DNA of 64,000 bases from Paraphysomonas bandaiensis (GCA_965644295.1 CBFFRP010000370.1:1-64000), one strand, 5' to 3'. Positions 11,734 to 27,158 are shown, counted from the stretch's first letter. The notes: generated from the sequence alone by a model not told the origin. Translations and numbers: made by a program.

Positions 11734-14700
11734 CTATTTAAAAAAGCCCGGGCGAAGTATCCTAACTGCTCCTGAGCACCCGGGATTGCATACCTTCGGG
11801 TCTCCTTGTCCACCTTGTCCACTGACCCCACCGATCTTGTCCCACTCCCCAACTCCCACGGCTTCTGGAGGTGAGTGCTGCAAGCCTCCAGGCATGTTTC
11901 CGTCGCCGTGAATAATAATATGATCTCGGCACACTGGCAAATAAATATATGACGACCCGCCGCCGCCCCCGCCTCCAATGCCAGGTGACGTTCCGCCACC
12001 ACCTCCTCCTGCATATCCTCCACCTCCACCTCCTCCAAACTGCGAACCATTACCTCCTTGCCACATCTCACCTGGAGTCGCAGGAAAATCCGCATTGTGG
12101 ATACTTCCTGAGTCACCTGCGACCCCTCCTCGGTCTCCAATACCACATCCTCCGTTACGAACATCTATACGTGCGCCTGCAAGAGTTAACACAGTTATAC
12201 CCAATGGATCATATGTTATACAGCAGTACCAGGAAGTGGACCGTCCATTCCGCACCCAGGCACTCCATCTTGTGACCCACCTCCACCGCCACCGCCAGCT
12301 ACGACAATAACCTACACTATATACATTAGAATCCAGGCGATATCATCATGGGAGCATAGCAGAGTACAGCGCAACATTGGAGAGGTAAGACTAACCTGGT
12401 TCCCCTCCTTCGATCGCTTTGACACAATGCTATAACCCCCACCACCCCCAGCTGCCCATCTCCCCCCTCCACCATATCCCTCACCTCCTCCGGGAAGACC
12501 TCCCAGTGCAACGCCATACGTCGCATCTATGACGTCAAAAGATTTCACCACCTACACACAAATATAAGGAGTGGCAGAGTTTGATCAACAGGAGGTCTGT
12601 GTGCACCTTTTCATCGCCCTCTTCATTCTCGTCCTTCCTCGATGTAGTGACAGCCTCTAGCTCAGTACCATAAACTCCGGCCTGACCTCCCGCTCCAACA
12701 ACAACCTCCAATATATCATACGGACTGCAATTAATAAGAGCCTCACAAAAGGCTCCTCCTCCGCCAGACCCGCCCCTACGATCAAGAAATTGACCCGAAC
12801 CACCACCAGCACCCCAGGCCTGGATTTTGAGTTTGTTACATCTGGCAGGAACCTACACACATAAATTTACAATGAGCTCAACTGATAGATGTGCATATTG
12901 CAAGGGATGAGTACAATATGCATGTGTGGAGCAATGTAAACACCTTGTACACGTAGGTGCCAGGGACCACGTAAGTGGATATGCCTAAGCGCTCAATATG
13001 ATAGTCACGGTGCGCATCACGTTCATTCGCTTGCATCTGCGCGGCGCATAGGGATCCGTCAGGGTTACGCCAATTGCAACGAACCTGTGTACGAACATCA
13101 ATTTACAAACACAACTCCAGAACGCCTCTTGTTAAGATGTAAAGGGAATAGAGTTGAAACCAAACAGACCAAGAACATTAAGGTACTTTCAGTTTACAGA
13201 CATACAAATTCATGAATCTTGATCTCACCTGGCGATACATACATATCTCTTGCTCATGTTCTATTCGCTCTTCTTCAGCCTTGATTAGAGTCTCAACTGT
13301 CCCCCCAAACACCTCGCCACCTGATATACGAGTTACCATTCAACAGCTATATGAGTATATGTTTAATAGCTTACATCCAAGGCGGCACTCTATTGGCTTC
13401 GCTTCTCTCTTGACACACAATTCCTCCATGTGGTAGTCCAAAGTTTCCGCCATAACCCATTCCAGACACTGTCTAGGGCATGGCACAAGGCGTTTTGGAC
13501 ATTCGAGAGTCTCGTGATATTCCTGGTACGTCATAGGACCGGTGGGCTCGGGGCTTACCCCCGGTACAGAATTCGTTTGACCAGGGCCATTTCCCTGCAG
13601 ATTAAGCGAGTTGGCTTCCTCTTCTGCTTCAATATTCCGTTCCTTAATATATACAGTTAAACATATATTCGATACGATCGCATTACATTACACGTATTAA
13701 TTCTACTATATTTATAAGTAGCCATCATTTCTATAATAAGTCAACTTACTGGCTCATATTGTTCCAACCATTCGTCTTCTGTCAGTCTCTTCTTACAATC
13801 CAAAGGACATGACACTATACGCTTACTGCAGTAGTTAAGCTGATGATCCTGCTGCTCTTGACCCAACTTCACCCAATCTCCACATCCCCACTCACATATC
13901 ACCAGACCTGCCGGAAGGATGAGAGATATATTAGACAACCGCATGAAGGTATGCTGCCACAATACAAAACGGCTGAAACACTCCACTTTAAGTCATGCAA
14001 CGGCCAGAAAGCCCATACCTTTCTGCTGTCTAAGCATCGCAAAGTGCAGTTGTCGGAGTAACCGACGCCGGATAGAAGATCTCGGTGTAGTCATCAAATC
14101 TTCTTGCGTCCGCAATGTAGTCTGTATGACACAAAGTACGTAAGGTATAGCATTTCGTACAGAACAGAATATATCAATATTATGTCGACAACTTGCGCAA
14201 TAGTGAAGCACAATCACACCTCCATTATTCTTTCTCGTTCCTTCGTCAACTTTCGCTTGTCCAAAAGTACCTGTTTCATACTAAGACATGTTTATATATA
14301 AACGAAAGCACTCACATTTTGTGCGGCAGTTCGCTTTTCCATCAACAACTCCACTTCAAGTTTCAGGGTTAGGGAGCGCTGTAGACTAATAAGTTCTGAC
14401 TTGCTGAGCTTGAGCTTCCCACTATCCATATCTTTCATCATCTCCTGTATTCCTTCTTCTCTCTTTTTCAACATCACTACGTACAGTACAAGGGGTCAAA
14501 TCTAGATCAGCACATCACACGCCAAATATCGTTACCTGCATCTTTCTCTTCCCTAAGTTGCTCCGCCTCTGCACGAGACCTCATTATTCGAGCCCGCTCT
14601 AATTCTTCAGCAGTTGATGCGGACGACATTACACTCATATTAGACCCCTTCGAGACCACAGTCTTTTGTCGTTTGGTCATCTCAGCTTCCTGGCGCTTAC

Positions 14701-17700
14701 GCCTAGCGAGAGCGCGCTGTCTATATAAATATCAGAAAAAGAAACTTATTACGGGCTACGTCGATAGAACATTTAACAACAATAAATATTCTGTGTTCAA
14801 TAGAAATAGAGTCGACCTTTTCTCTTTTTCTCGCTGTCGACGGATTTGTTTCTTCCATTGGGCTGCACTTAGAGCTAATTTCAATTCATCTCCTGATTTG
14901 GCAATTTTCTTTATCTTAAACCGATGATTCCACTTGACGACAAGCTTCTCATCATGATGATGTCTTATATCGTACATATCTTCGCCTGTCGAATCATCCT
15001 GCCTAATGCGAACTACAACACCCTCCTCGTCTAGATTCTTTCCAGGGAATCGGAAGGTAACTTTCTCTCCGACTTCCAATGGCTGGATTTTGTTGCCGTA
15101 CACTGTTTTGGGCACCTATGTATATACATTTGTATTATAAAATTATGCCCACAATATTTATTCAAACGAAAAATAAAATGGTAGTTGTATATGACGATAT
15201 CTGCCAGCACAGACCTCTGGTTTGTCCCAAGTATATATATCCATATCTTCTTGCCAATAAAAAAAATCAGCAGTTTCCTTGTCCATGAGTTCCTCCCATT
15301 CATAGTGGTCGACATCCATGAATTCCCCTATATTAGTAAATACAAGATAAACTGGCAGTACCCAAATTATGCACACAATGTACCTAAACACGTTGAACGT
15401 CGTCGGAGAAGTGCCCATCCTGCTTTTATTCTCTCTTCCTCATTCACACTTGCAGGCTTATTAAACGTAAACGCAGTAGATGTCCAGTACTTAGGACGGG
15501 GAATGCGTCGCTTCAATCTAAATAGAGATTATGAAACATTTCTATGCAATCGACAACTACCTGAAAAAATTCTGAAGTTTCAAAACGTGTGTTTCCAGAA
15601 AGAACTGGTCGTGATTGACGTAGAATATGACCTTAGATATAGGGTCTTCGAATTCTTCGTATTCCTTGAAAGTGCGCCTTTCTGAGGCCACAAGCTTCAT
15701 ATTGGTCCAGTCTTGACCTTCGGAACAACATGGGAAAAAATCAAACATGCAATGCACACAGTAAAATATGCAGATAATGACAGTGCACAGCAGCAGTATC
15801 TCAGCCGCACCAGATAATTCCATATGCTCAGAAGGAGGCAGGTCCGGGTAGTAATCAGCACCATTCTCATCGTACAGTGGCGGGAGTACCCACGTAGATC
15901 TGCCCAGGTCCCTATTAAAATAGAACACATTTCTGGAAATACACTCAATATATTCAGAAGATATGTTCTCTCGAGTCCCATCCGCAAACTCAACGAGGTA
16001 TATACCACTACGCTTGATCTCGACCACATCTCCATAACACTTTGGCACAACACCTTGCCGTTGGCAGAGAACACGGGCACCTGACTCAATACATAAGCAT
16101 AGCTATATAGGACACAGTGAATGTAACGCAACGACATGATTACTTTTCGACAACAACCTCCACTTCGCACGAGTAATTCTTAGTACACACATGTACACGA
16201 CATGAAAAATAGTGTAGTATAAATAATGCGACGTATCTTAAGACTATTTAAGAGAAATTCACCTATATCCAACTTATCAGGCTCCTCGGGATCCAGTACC
16301 TCCACCCATCCCCTCGCAGCATACTCCTCCATCCCCTTCCTCACTATGCCATCATACCTTTCCTCCGCCCGTTGTATAAAACTAAGCGTGACCTCGCCAT
16401 CTTCACCCGGCAAAACAGTTCCAACTATTGACGATTCTTGCGCATCCATAAATGGTCGACCCTCTGACATTAGACTACTGGACTGAAGGGTCATTATGGT
16501 TGATTCAGGCCCGATATCATCATACGAGTCCATTGTGGAAACGGTCTCAAAACTTTGAGCAGTCTCTAGCGTACTACTTTCTTCCTCACGGAGGGAAAAA
16601 TTTCCGGAAACTTCCACAAAGTCTCTGACATTGATGGGGGATCGACGGCAAACAGTCCATCCTGACTCCCTTTTAAGGCGACCGTATTTATCGTATTTTG
16701 GACAGAGAGCGAATATCGGGGGCATCAGGGCGTTGTGCATACGCACTCTATGGTCTTCGTAAGAATGATAAGTAGCATCCTGCATCGCTTGTAGCTGAGA
16801 GACACTGGTCTCAAGAGCCTTACATGGACAAAACTCAGCACATAGCGTGGAGCAAACGCAGCTAATTGGAGAAACACGAACTAAACGAGTTCCTTTGTGT
16901 CTACACAAACACGGTATGAACTCATAAACTAAAAGGTCGAACAAATTCAACAGATACAAGAATACAATTTTCTACTCACCCTTTGTGGCATCTATTTATG
17001 CATGGTTCACATATTTTGAGCATGATGAGCTTCTCCGACTCATCTTCCCTTCTTTCTTTCAGTTCTTTGTTACATTGGTCACACGTATACCATTTCTGAT
17101 CCAGACGCTTGTTCTTCCGCTGCAACAGTGATTTTAGAATACCAGCCCCAAACACATACTAATTACATCCTTGAAAATACACCAAACAAATACTCACCTT
17201 ATACCCAGTACAAAACCGCTCCATGGGGGTAACTGTGACAGCATCCACAGGTTTCGTCCAGCGATACTCATCTGTTACCTGCACACAGACATATTCACTC
17301 ATACTCAACGCAGACATATATAAGGTATTGGATATAACAAATCGTTCTATATTTGAAAATGAGAGTGTCGCCGCACCTTATTGTAATAGAACATTGATCC
17401 ATCTTTCTCGAACTCTTGCCACTCTTCTGCATATCCATATGTTTCCAAATATTTGGCTCCCTTAGTTATTTTCTTCCATTTAAGTTCCTTCGGTTGCTTG
17501 AAAGTATACTCTTTCTTTGCGGCATTGAAGTAATATGTAACTCCAAGAGGGACAGAATGCAGCGTAATCCAGTCTCCAATCTCCCGCACAAGTTCAGACT
17601 TAGCCTGGCGATGATACTCCCATGCAATATCTTTGTGTACGGTACTGCGTATCTCGTCGGGAATGGACCACGTAAACCCTGTATAATTATAACAATGAGG

Positions 17701-20700
17701 GCACATACAACGGTTTAAGTACTGCAGTGCCATGCCAAGAAACCCGACCACATACCTGTAAAGACATCACCGGCGGCCACATCATACGGTTGACAGCAAT
17801 AGAAAGTATTCTTCGTGTCCGGGTCACAATAGTAGTTCCATATGTTGCCCTGCTGGTTTCCATGTATCACAAGCAGTCGGCTGGCAAGGCGTGTGGCTTC
17901 CCATAAATCATAGCCCATTTTGTCAGCCCGTCTAATACAGTTGTCGAGAACCTATGGCGACGTATCAAAAAACTACCTTGTGCAGTAATACACGAGGAAA
18001 AGGAATCGTACCGACTGTCGTCTGTTCTCCAGTTGAATTCTGTCCTCTTCGTCAAACTTCTGTGTGACACTAGATATCTTCTCCTCTCTGAGCAGAATAA
18101 TTTCCATAAACTCAAATGTAAAGCGCAGGTTTACACGTCATTGACAAGCAGGTTTAATACCTCGTTTCATAGAGCATGTACTCTCTAACAGAAGTGGCAG
18201 TGGGGTTCTTTGGTGATGCTTTATCCATGACCAACAGATCATACGGTGTGCGTCCATGCATATCTTTTAGCATTACATTGCAGCCATGTTTATCTGCCAG
18301 TACCTAAACCAAATGTAGAAACAATTAAACCACGTGGCCTGTATAATATGAGCACTGCCAATAAAGTATCGCTTACCATAATAGTCTCCTTATGTGAAGC
18401 AATACAGTTCTCATCGCAGGCAAGATGCAAAGGGGTGCGGTTCCAATTATTGGTGTTGTCAAGGGCAGATTGGCGAAACATATAACGCAGCAATATCGCC
18501 AACTCATTGGATGAAGGAATAGTTGGGACAAAAAGCATTTCGCCTTCGCGGGCAGTAGATATGAAAATACCTATACAGTTCAATGTCACACTCATTGTTC
18601 TAGAATTAATGGAAATTGATACAAGTGGTGTGACCGCTGATCAGCAAAACACCACCCACTCTAGAATAGACCAATAACTCGCACCTGTTTCTGGTCTTGG
18701 ATCAAAGCGATGGAGTACATCGTCCATAATCTCTTTGCAAGTCGGAGCAAGCATGTGTTGCACACTTCGGCTCATGCGCTCACGAAACGCAACAGCTGTA
18801 TCGTGCAGCCATGTCTTCTGAAACCTGAATCATGCTATCACAAAATTGCATTTATTCACACGTACGTAAGCACCATAGATATATATGACATGATACATGC
18901 TGGCATCAACTATTGCAGCATACACATACAACACACCTCCTGGTCTCAATCGGCTTCAGCTTCATATCCTGCATCTCTTGAAATAATTCATGTGCTAGCT
19001 GGTTGAATGTTGTGTTAGACCGCACTGCAACCTTATCTGCTGTCACCGATCGAGTGAATTCCTGGCCTTTCTCGCAAAGGAAGTCCACCGTTGGAGGATG
19101 GTTCTGCCAGGTCGCAAGGTGCAAAGGAGTATTACCCTGATTATCACCAGCAAAAAGTGGTGCCCCTATTATGTAAGCGAAAATAAATAAGGCTTTTATT
19201 CAGGTACGACATTATATTACAGCACCTGCATCCATAAGCACATTACAGCACTCCATTGCGCCATGCATGGCGGCAAGATGCAGTGCCATTCGGCCTCTCC
19301 TATCTCTCGCCAATACATTGGCCTTTCGTTCAATCAACAGCTCACACACCTGACAGGATAGCGTTCATAACTTGAATGCACAATGGGACGACATGGATGC
19401 TATCGTAGAGAGTTGGTATAAGGGCATAAAATTCACCTTAACATGATTTCCCATGGCAGCAAGCATCAGAGGAGTCCGAACTACTGAGCCAAATCTACCC
19501 ATCTTCTCGATGTTCGGATCCATGTCACCTAGATTGAACATCGTTAAACCAATATGTAGTGTATATTTCGCAGTGCTGTATACCATACGGACGATATCAT
19601 ACATTGTCAGGTATAAGCACCATGTGAAATACACAAATGCGCAAACATTACGGCAGTAACGACAACACTTTCAGAGCCCAACCTCGAAGATACAACTCCA
19701 CAGCAGTATCATTTCCATCTGCACATGCCTGCCAGAAATCCATAAACTTCGGAGCTTTCCCATTGACATCCATTAGGCTACTGAATTCATTGTATCGAAT
19801 TTTATCTGCTAGAAATGGGTGAAAAGATCGCAGGCGAAAATCCCTGTCTTCCAAAGTCTGAAACAAGATTCCTCCATCGATACCTATATTATAACACAGA
19901 ATGGAACGATTAGGCACAATCTTGGAGGCCTCTACTGTCTCGGCACTAATCATATACACGGTTACTACATCATGTGAACTCACCCATGTTTCCAACTCTT
20001 TTAAGCCAGTTTACAAACCGCGTGTCGATAGTTGTCTTGGACATGTCATCTATATCGAAGTCTGGACACTTCGCTTGGAACTGGTCAAAGAAGGCAGATG
20101 CTACCAGTTTGTGCATGAGTTTGGTATTCAATGCTGGTTTGAAACCTTTTTGAACTAATACATCGATAATCTCCACAGGAGCAACACCGCGACACAGATT
20201 ATCGTTTACCCATTTATTCCACTCATCAGGAATTTCACCATCCTTGTAGTGACAGCCTGTAACCATTCACCTCCGACATTAGCAATGCGACAGAACTGTG
20301 TTATTTACGCACCTGGCATGTAATTTCTCAGTTTGACGAGGGCAGATTTTATTGCGGCATCTTTCGCATGTCTGGTGTCGGGTCCCATTCCTAAAACACA
20401 CATGGAACATTAATCTCTATAAAACTTTCTGTATCGCAATATACACGACACTACAACACAGCGACAGCTATATATGTCAAGCCCAACTTCCACCAGCAAC
20501 GATCCACCCAAACATATATGCCTATAATATACCTTGAAAGCGTTTTACTTCGTGCTTCTTCGTTATCTCACCACTATCTTGTCGTGTAAACCAGGTACCT
20601 TCCACATGCAGCTGAAAGATAGAAGCACATTACATTGGGGAACAAATGTATCTACATAAACATATCCTGCACGCACGAGTGTCGCATGGGATACAAAGAC

Positions 20701-21421
20701 TCAGTATGTACGTAACACAGAAATTATACGCCCAATCTACCACAGCACTGACCTCAATAACAACCAATGGGGGAGTAGTCGAAGTAGCCTCTCGTTCTTC
20801 TACAAGGAAGAAACGTGTACTGAAGTGTCGTGCTTTGGCTTGCTGTTCCAGTAGTCCCATTGGAGTGCTGCCAAGCTTATCTAACAGTTTACCGAACTTA
20901 GTGAACTTCTCATCCCCCCGTTTTGTCAGTGCCACAAAGCTAGAAATAGGAGTGTTAGTCAACAATAGTAAAATAACATAACAAATTCATAAAACAAACA
21001 CATGACGAAACAAATATACACTGTGCAGTCAAAAACATACCCGCAATACTCATCAAAGTCTATCTCACCACTACCATCAACATCTATTAAGTCCATCAAC
21101 TCCTGTGCATTCTCCTTCGACATATCCATATCCATATGATGTAATATCTTACGTATTTCATATATATCTATAGTCCCACTGCCATTTGCATCATATTCCA
21201 AAAACATATTCACCAACTAAACATATAATCTCTTATAACCAAAAAAATAGCTAATTGATTATAATAAATACCTCTTCAAACTCTAATGGTGTAAAGAATG
21301 TAATGAATTCTTCAGGACAAACAAATCCATTGACCTCCAATACATATTCTTCATCAGCTGTCACACGTATAGGGGGTTGATCAGTTCCCCCACTACGAGA
21401 AGTGTTTTCTATATTTTCCAT
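11734..21421 (-). CDS. Large multi-exon protein: EF-hands, ankyrin repeats, WW domains, Tudor-like segments, coiled coil, TRAF-type Zn fingers, C-terminal glycine-rich domain
   Basis: Exon ORFs show DANGSGTIDIYE and DVDGSGEIDFDE (EF-hand); TPLMLAAMGNH and TPLHLACDEN (ankyrin); WEELMDKETADFFYWQEDMDIYTWDKP (WW); CEWGCG..HQLNYCSKRIVSCPLDC (TRAF Zn); GGGGGGGYAGGGGGG..GGGGSSY (Gly-rich). GT-AG introns separate them; exact exon borders are not all resolved. Confidence 0.8.
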
Positions 21422-21716
21422 GGTCAATATCACTTGTATTAAACCTCCACTATGGAGGGAATGTTATGAATATTCATAGAGAAAAGTTTAAATTATCACA
21501 ACATTCAATCAACTCGTTTGTTTGTAGGTGATGGGGGAAATTTTCTTATTAGTGGGACAATTTTATGATATGAAATACAGTGGACTGGATTTTTCTATAA
21601 GTCAATATGATTGATATCATTATTACAATTTTTGTCTTTTTTGTAGATTTCACTTAATTTTGAGCCATATATATTCGTTTTACAGATTTTTTGTGCTCGT
21701 GTACCATACATGGTAC

Positions 21717-21976
21717 GTATGTATGTATGTATGTATGTATGTATGTATGTATGTATGTATGTATGTATGTATGTATGTATGTATGTATGTATGTATGTAT
21801 GTATGTATGTATGTATGTATGTATGTATGTATGTATGTATGTATGTATGTATGTATGTATGTATGTATGTATGTATGTATGTATGTATGTATGTATGTAT
21901 GTATGTATGTATGTATGTATGTATGTATGTATGTATGTATGTATGTATGTATGTATGTATGTATGTATGTATGTAC
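21717..21976. repeat. (TATG)n microsatellite in a divergent intergenic region
   Basis: Perfect run between ATG 21421 (-) and ATG 22138 (+). Confidence 0.99.
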
Positions 21977-22137
21977 GTACATAGAAGGCAGCATGTATAG
22001 ATATTACCAGTATGGGACATTGTCAACTGGATTGACAATTAAATGTCTCTATTGTACGTTTTTTACATACCAAAACGATGAATGACACCCAATAGAGTAC
22101 CCTGTGGGATAATTTACAAACAGGGTGCATTAGTATT

Positions 22138-23079
22138 ATGGCATCCAATGATAACGTTACATGGACTTTCATTGCCGCTGGAGTTGCAGCTGCAATTGAG
22201 TTAACCGTTATGCAGCCATTAGATGTTGTGAAAACAAGATTACATCTTAAGAGCACTACTATTCAGTGTTCAGATCGATTCAGTGGTACTTCGAGTGCTA
22301 TTTTAGGTATATATAAGTCAGAAGGGCTGAGGGGATTATGGCGTGGGTATTTCACAGGGCTTGCAATAGTAGTGCCTCGTCGGGGGTTTAAGTTTGCATT
22401 TAATTCATTTCTTAACAATCTAATTGGCGACCGGATATCTACTAGGTACAAAGCACTAATTGCTGGAGGCTTAACGGGGGCCTGCGAGGCTGTTTTAATC
22501 ACACCTGTAGAAGTAATGAAAGTGATTATGCAAAGCGAACGAACACCTCGTTCCTGTACAATGTCGTCTTTCCAGGAAGTTATGCGTTCCGTCTCGAGAG
22601 GTGGTGTTAGGATGCTTTTCCGAGGTCTTGGAGCAACTGTAGCAAAGCATTCCTTGCACACCTGTGTGTATTTTAGTGCTTATGCTGAGCTAAAGGCACT
22701 TCCGTGGGCACCTGGAGTCGGTGAACAAGAAATGGACAGCTTGTGGTTCTCTGCGGTTTCAGGATTTTTTGCCGGGGCAGCTGCAGGATTGTGCAATAAT
22801 CCATTCGATGTGTTGAAATCTCGCCAGCAGGTAGGGGCTGCTGCAAGCATGAAGACTCACTCACTAGCCCATCAGTATGCTTCTTTTCCTTGTGGTAGTG
22901 ATCATTACGAAGGGCTGTGGAGAAGTGCTGTCCATGTTGTTAAGACTGAGGGACCTTCGGTGCTATTTAGAGGCTTAGGCGCGAAACTAGCTAGACTTGG
23001 GCCTGGTAGTGCGATCATATTTTTTGTATATGAGACCATCATGAGAGAAGTTCGTGTATATAGCTACAGAAATATTTAG
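22138..23079 (+). CDS. Mitochondrial carrier, 2-oxodicarboxylate carrier (ODC/SLC25A21)-like
   Basis: 313 aa, intronless, with three PX[DE]XXK signatures (PLDVVK, PVEVMK, PFDVLK). PRRGFKF and RLGPG resemble ODC contact points. Confidence 0.88.
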   Translation: MASNDNVTWTFIAAGVAAAIELTVMQPLDVVKTRLHLKSTTIQCSDRFSGTSSAILGIYKSEGLRGLWRGYFTGLAIVVPRRGFKFAFNSFLNNLIGDRISTRYKALIAGGLTGACEAVLITPVEVMKVIMQSERTPRSCTMSSFQEVMRSVSRGGVRMLFRGLGATVAKHSLHTCVYFSAYAELKALPWAPGVGEQEMDSLWFSAVSGFFAGAAAGLCNNPFDVLKSRQQVGAAASMKTHSLAHQYASFPCGSDHYEGLWRSAVHVVKTEGPSVLFRGLGAKLARLGPGSAIIFFVYETIMREVRVYSYRNI

Positions 23080-24742
23080 AAAGAAAGCATATTACTATCT
23101 AATAAATTAACACACAACTGTTATGATTTGTATGAAAATATTGCGGAGAATGCATCACTGAATATGTTATCAGTTATCATTGCTGACCCAACCAGTGTAC
23201 TTGATATAATGCAGTAATTTAAAGCTTCAATACTTTCAATCGGTTTATTACTTAATTTGAAAAATACATAATAACAACATAACAGCGGCAAAGTACGAAT
23301 TCATTTGTGTTTCTTCTTTCTATTGGTTGTAGGAGTGTCAACAACTACAACGTTATAATAACACTAAAAAAAATTAGCACAAAAGAGAATACAATGTACA
23401 TAATAACATTGTAATTATTACAAATTTTAAAAATTCTAGTCCAGTCCACAAGACTTTCACTAACCTTTTCAAATTATAACCGTATCTAGAGTGACGATCA
23501 CAGGACAACAGGGTAGCATTGAAGAGGAAAGAAGGAAGGAGATAGGTTGCCACTGTTCAAGATAAGCAACATCGAAAAATGGAAAGAAGATTTCGAAATA
23601 AGTATCATGACAGAAGGCCAAAGCGAGCAGTTATTGATTCACTACCTCAAGAATTAGGAGAGCTACACGAGGAGGAGAAGAATGTACAAATGATGCCCAA
23701 GAAAATGAGACTACATGAAGGTCCTATAAAAAGTAAAACAAGTCGCTGAACGGAGTCCTGCATGTGTTATTGGGCGACTTGGCTTCCGATATGTTGTCGA
23801 CGAAGACTAAGCAATATGAGGAAACTATACATGGATGGATGGTCGCTGCAAGAAGAGTAAAAGAAGAGATGGCAACAAAAACAAGATAGTGTGAAAAAAG
23901 AATGTAACAAAACAAAAGCTAATAATAAAGTATCATATGAGAAAATATTGCATGAGAGGCTGTCTAAATAATTACACCACTGAGCAAATGTATGAGAAAG
24001 ACAATGCCCAGGAAATCATGATTATACGAGGTATCGAAACTGTGTATCAAAACACCACCGGCAATTTATATATACAGAGTATATGCATTCACAATATCTG
24101 TACTGCGTGCAGTATATATGCATACAGAGTACACATATTCACAGTATATCCCCCATTCATTTGTACAATCAATTGATAGAAGCGGATTGGATTATAATCC
24201 AATAGATATCATGCATGCCGAGGTTTATTCAGCTGTTCAATGGTCACATTGTGTGACCATAGCTGTCAATCTATAAGATACAAAGGATTTGGTGGGAAAA
24301 TAGAAAATTGGAGTATTTCGACTTGCTACAATACGAGTTTTCCAAGATCTTTCTATGTTGAAATCTAAAAAGCTTGTGTTTTCTGACATATTTGATGATT
24401 TTGTTGTTTCGAAACTTACTCCTTCGTAAGAATTCTAAAACTTAGAGTATTATTCATAAAATCTCCTATTTTATAACTTCATCATATATTATTCTTCTAC
24501 AGAAATTTGACAGAAATTAAGGCAAAATATTCTTTCGATTTCAACTGAGGTCATACATACATACATATATATATACTGCTGTACAATGTATACTCTGTAT
24601 ACTGGTATAGCTGTATAGAAGATTCTTATCTAGGAAATGATGTGTATGTATGTATGTTTTCTAGTAAACTTAAGAAGGAATATACATACATACATACATA
24701 CACACTCATTGACATATCGAATTAACTATAAGATTATATAAC

Positions 24743-25704
24743 ATGACAAATAAAACAAAGAAATGTGAATTTGGTGATGTGGGATATACAGGTAGTCAAT
24801 TAAAAGAAACTGTAAAGGATATTGTGGCTAGTGTATTCGGATCTATGGCATGTGTAGGTGCTGGTCAACCATTCGGTAAGTAACTGTCAATATGTATAGT
24901 AGTAGTTGTTGTAAGTTATTTCTATGTGTAGATACGGTGAAGGTGCATCTACAAGTGTCTCCTGGTAAGGCAAAGAAAGCGTATGCAGGACTGAAAGAAA
25001 CTGTTACTGAAGAAGGTATTCTCTCGCTATGGAAAGGTTCGTTTCCTGCACTTGTGGGTATGTGCATGGAAAATGCAACTGCATTTGCTTGTAACGGGTT
25101 TTTAAGTCGGATGTTTGCAAGCGACAATTCGCCTGCATATCAACCTTTCTTGATCGGGGGTGCAGCCGGGTTCTGCACTGCCTTCGTGTTATGCCCCCCT
25201 GATAATATGAAGTGTCGATTGCAAGTTCTGCAGTTGAATGGGTATGAAGCTAGCATGGGGTCAGTAATTTCTGAGATGATGAGTACTCAAGGTATCAGGG
25301 GTTTTTACACTGGTCTTGGTGTTCAGATAATGCGTGACACTCCATTTTTTGCCGTATTTTTCGGTAGCTACAGTGTGGTAGCAGGGGAGCTAAAGAAGCG
25401 TTTCAACGTGAATGAACATGTATCGGCCTTTGTGGCAGGGGGACTAGCAGGGCAGATTTCTTGGACTGTATGCGCCCCTATAGACACGGTTAAGTCTCGC
25501 ATGCAGACCCAGGGCTGTCGTACTGGTATAGAGGATTGCGGTGTGCCTGTCAAGTCTTCCATTCGAATAGCAAAGAGTATATACCAGAAGCAAGGAATCA
25601 GAGGATTTTACAAAGGGTTGGAGATGTTTCTACTCAGAGCATTTCCGGCCAATGGTGCTCTGTTTGTGACTTATCAACTCTCGAGGAACTTGATGAATTG
25701 GTAG
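24743..25704 (+). CDS. Mitochondrial carrier, ornithine/basic amino acid or carnitine carrier-like
   Basis: Exon 1 is 24743-24875 (..GAGQPF), the intron is 24876-24931 (GTAAG..TAG) and exon 2 begins DTVK. Motifs PFDTVK, PPDNMK, PIDTVK, ENATAF, RAFPANGALF. Confidence 0.88.
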
Positions 25705-26567
25705 CGTAATTTTTTTTGTCTACATGAAATGTTCCACATACTGTCATTATAGAATTTAGTACGCACTCATGTTTTTTGTTATTAAAGCTGAACGCTATTG
25801 TTGTGATACTTGTGCAACGTTCATCTTCTCGGCATTATTTGTGTAATGGAGACAAATGAACTAGCTAGCGTCTGGGTGTAACTAAACTGCCTTAAATTGT
25901 ATAGTGTCATATAAGATGGGATATGATCGTTGACATGACGAATAATAAAATACGAACAAAATAATAAATGTTAAAAAGGGCGAAAAGATATATATTGGGA
26001 GAACAGTTTATTGTGGTATATTATGGAAGTCATTCAATACTTTCACACTTTCACTACAAGTGACTAGACCAATATATGTTCTGACTGCGTATGAGTTGAA
26101 AGTGCTAGTTCTCAGTGCAACATCGTGTGTCACTTCCATATATATCTACGACAACTAGTTGTATCCAAGTCTCGTGAACAAGTGATGCAGCAGACGAATC
26201 ATAGATGGGTCCATATCAGTATCGTTTTACCATATAACCCCTCATATACCACGACATTGACGTGGGTATACATACACCCCACAGTATCTCTGATACCCGT
26301 GATATTCGCACTTGAGTGGTTCACGGGATCGCCATTACGATTCCTCATCACTACACCGTCAGTAGGAATATGCTACATGGCCCCTATATGTGGGTATACA
26401 GTGCATCAGACTGACAGTTGATTACTGGATAATATCTGATGTTAATGTTATGCACTGAGGTACAAATCCAATAGGCTGTATCTCTAGTGTGCATTATAAC
26501 TGATTCCATACAGGTTTTCTGATCTCATATCCAATGCAATGGATATGCAGCCAGCCAGATCTCATAG

Positions 26568-27158
26568 ATACATACATGCATACATACATACATGCATACA
26601 TACATACATACATACATACATACATACATACATACATACATACATACATACATACATACATACATACATACATACATACATACATACATACATACATACA
26701 TACATACATACATACATACATACATGCATACATACATACATACATACATACATACATACATACATACATACATACATACATACATACATACATACATACA
26801 TACATACATACATACATACATACATACATACATACATACATACATACATACATACATACATACATACATACATACATACATACATACATACATACATACA
26901 TACATGCATACATACATACATACATACATACATACATACATACATACATACATGCATACATACATACATACATACATACATACATACATACATACATACA
27001 TACATACATACATACATACATACATACATACATACATACATACATACATACATACATACATACATACATACATACATACATACATACATACATACATACA
27101 TACATACATACATACATACATACATACATACATACATACATACATACATACATACATA
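26568..27158. repeat. (TACA)n microsatellite with TGCA variants
   Basis: ~590-bp run ending ~80 bp before ATG 27241. Confidence 0.99.

Noticed and set aside
11949-12310. Pro-rich and His-rich plus-strand ORFs
   Set aside because: Antisense shadows of the Gly-rich exon on the minus strand.
23500-23900. Purine-rich stretch resembling a decayed gag
   Set aside because: Too degraded; no diagnostic motif or boundary.
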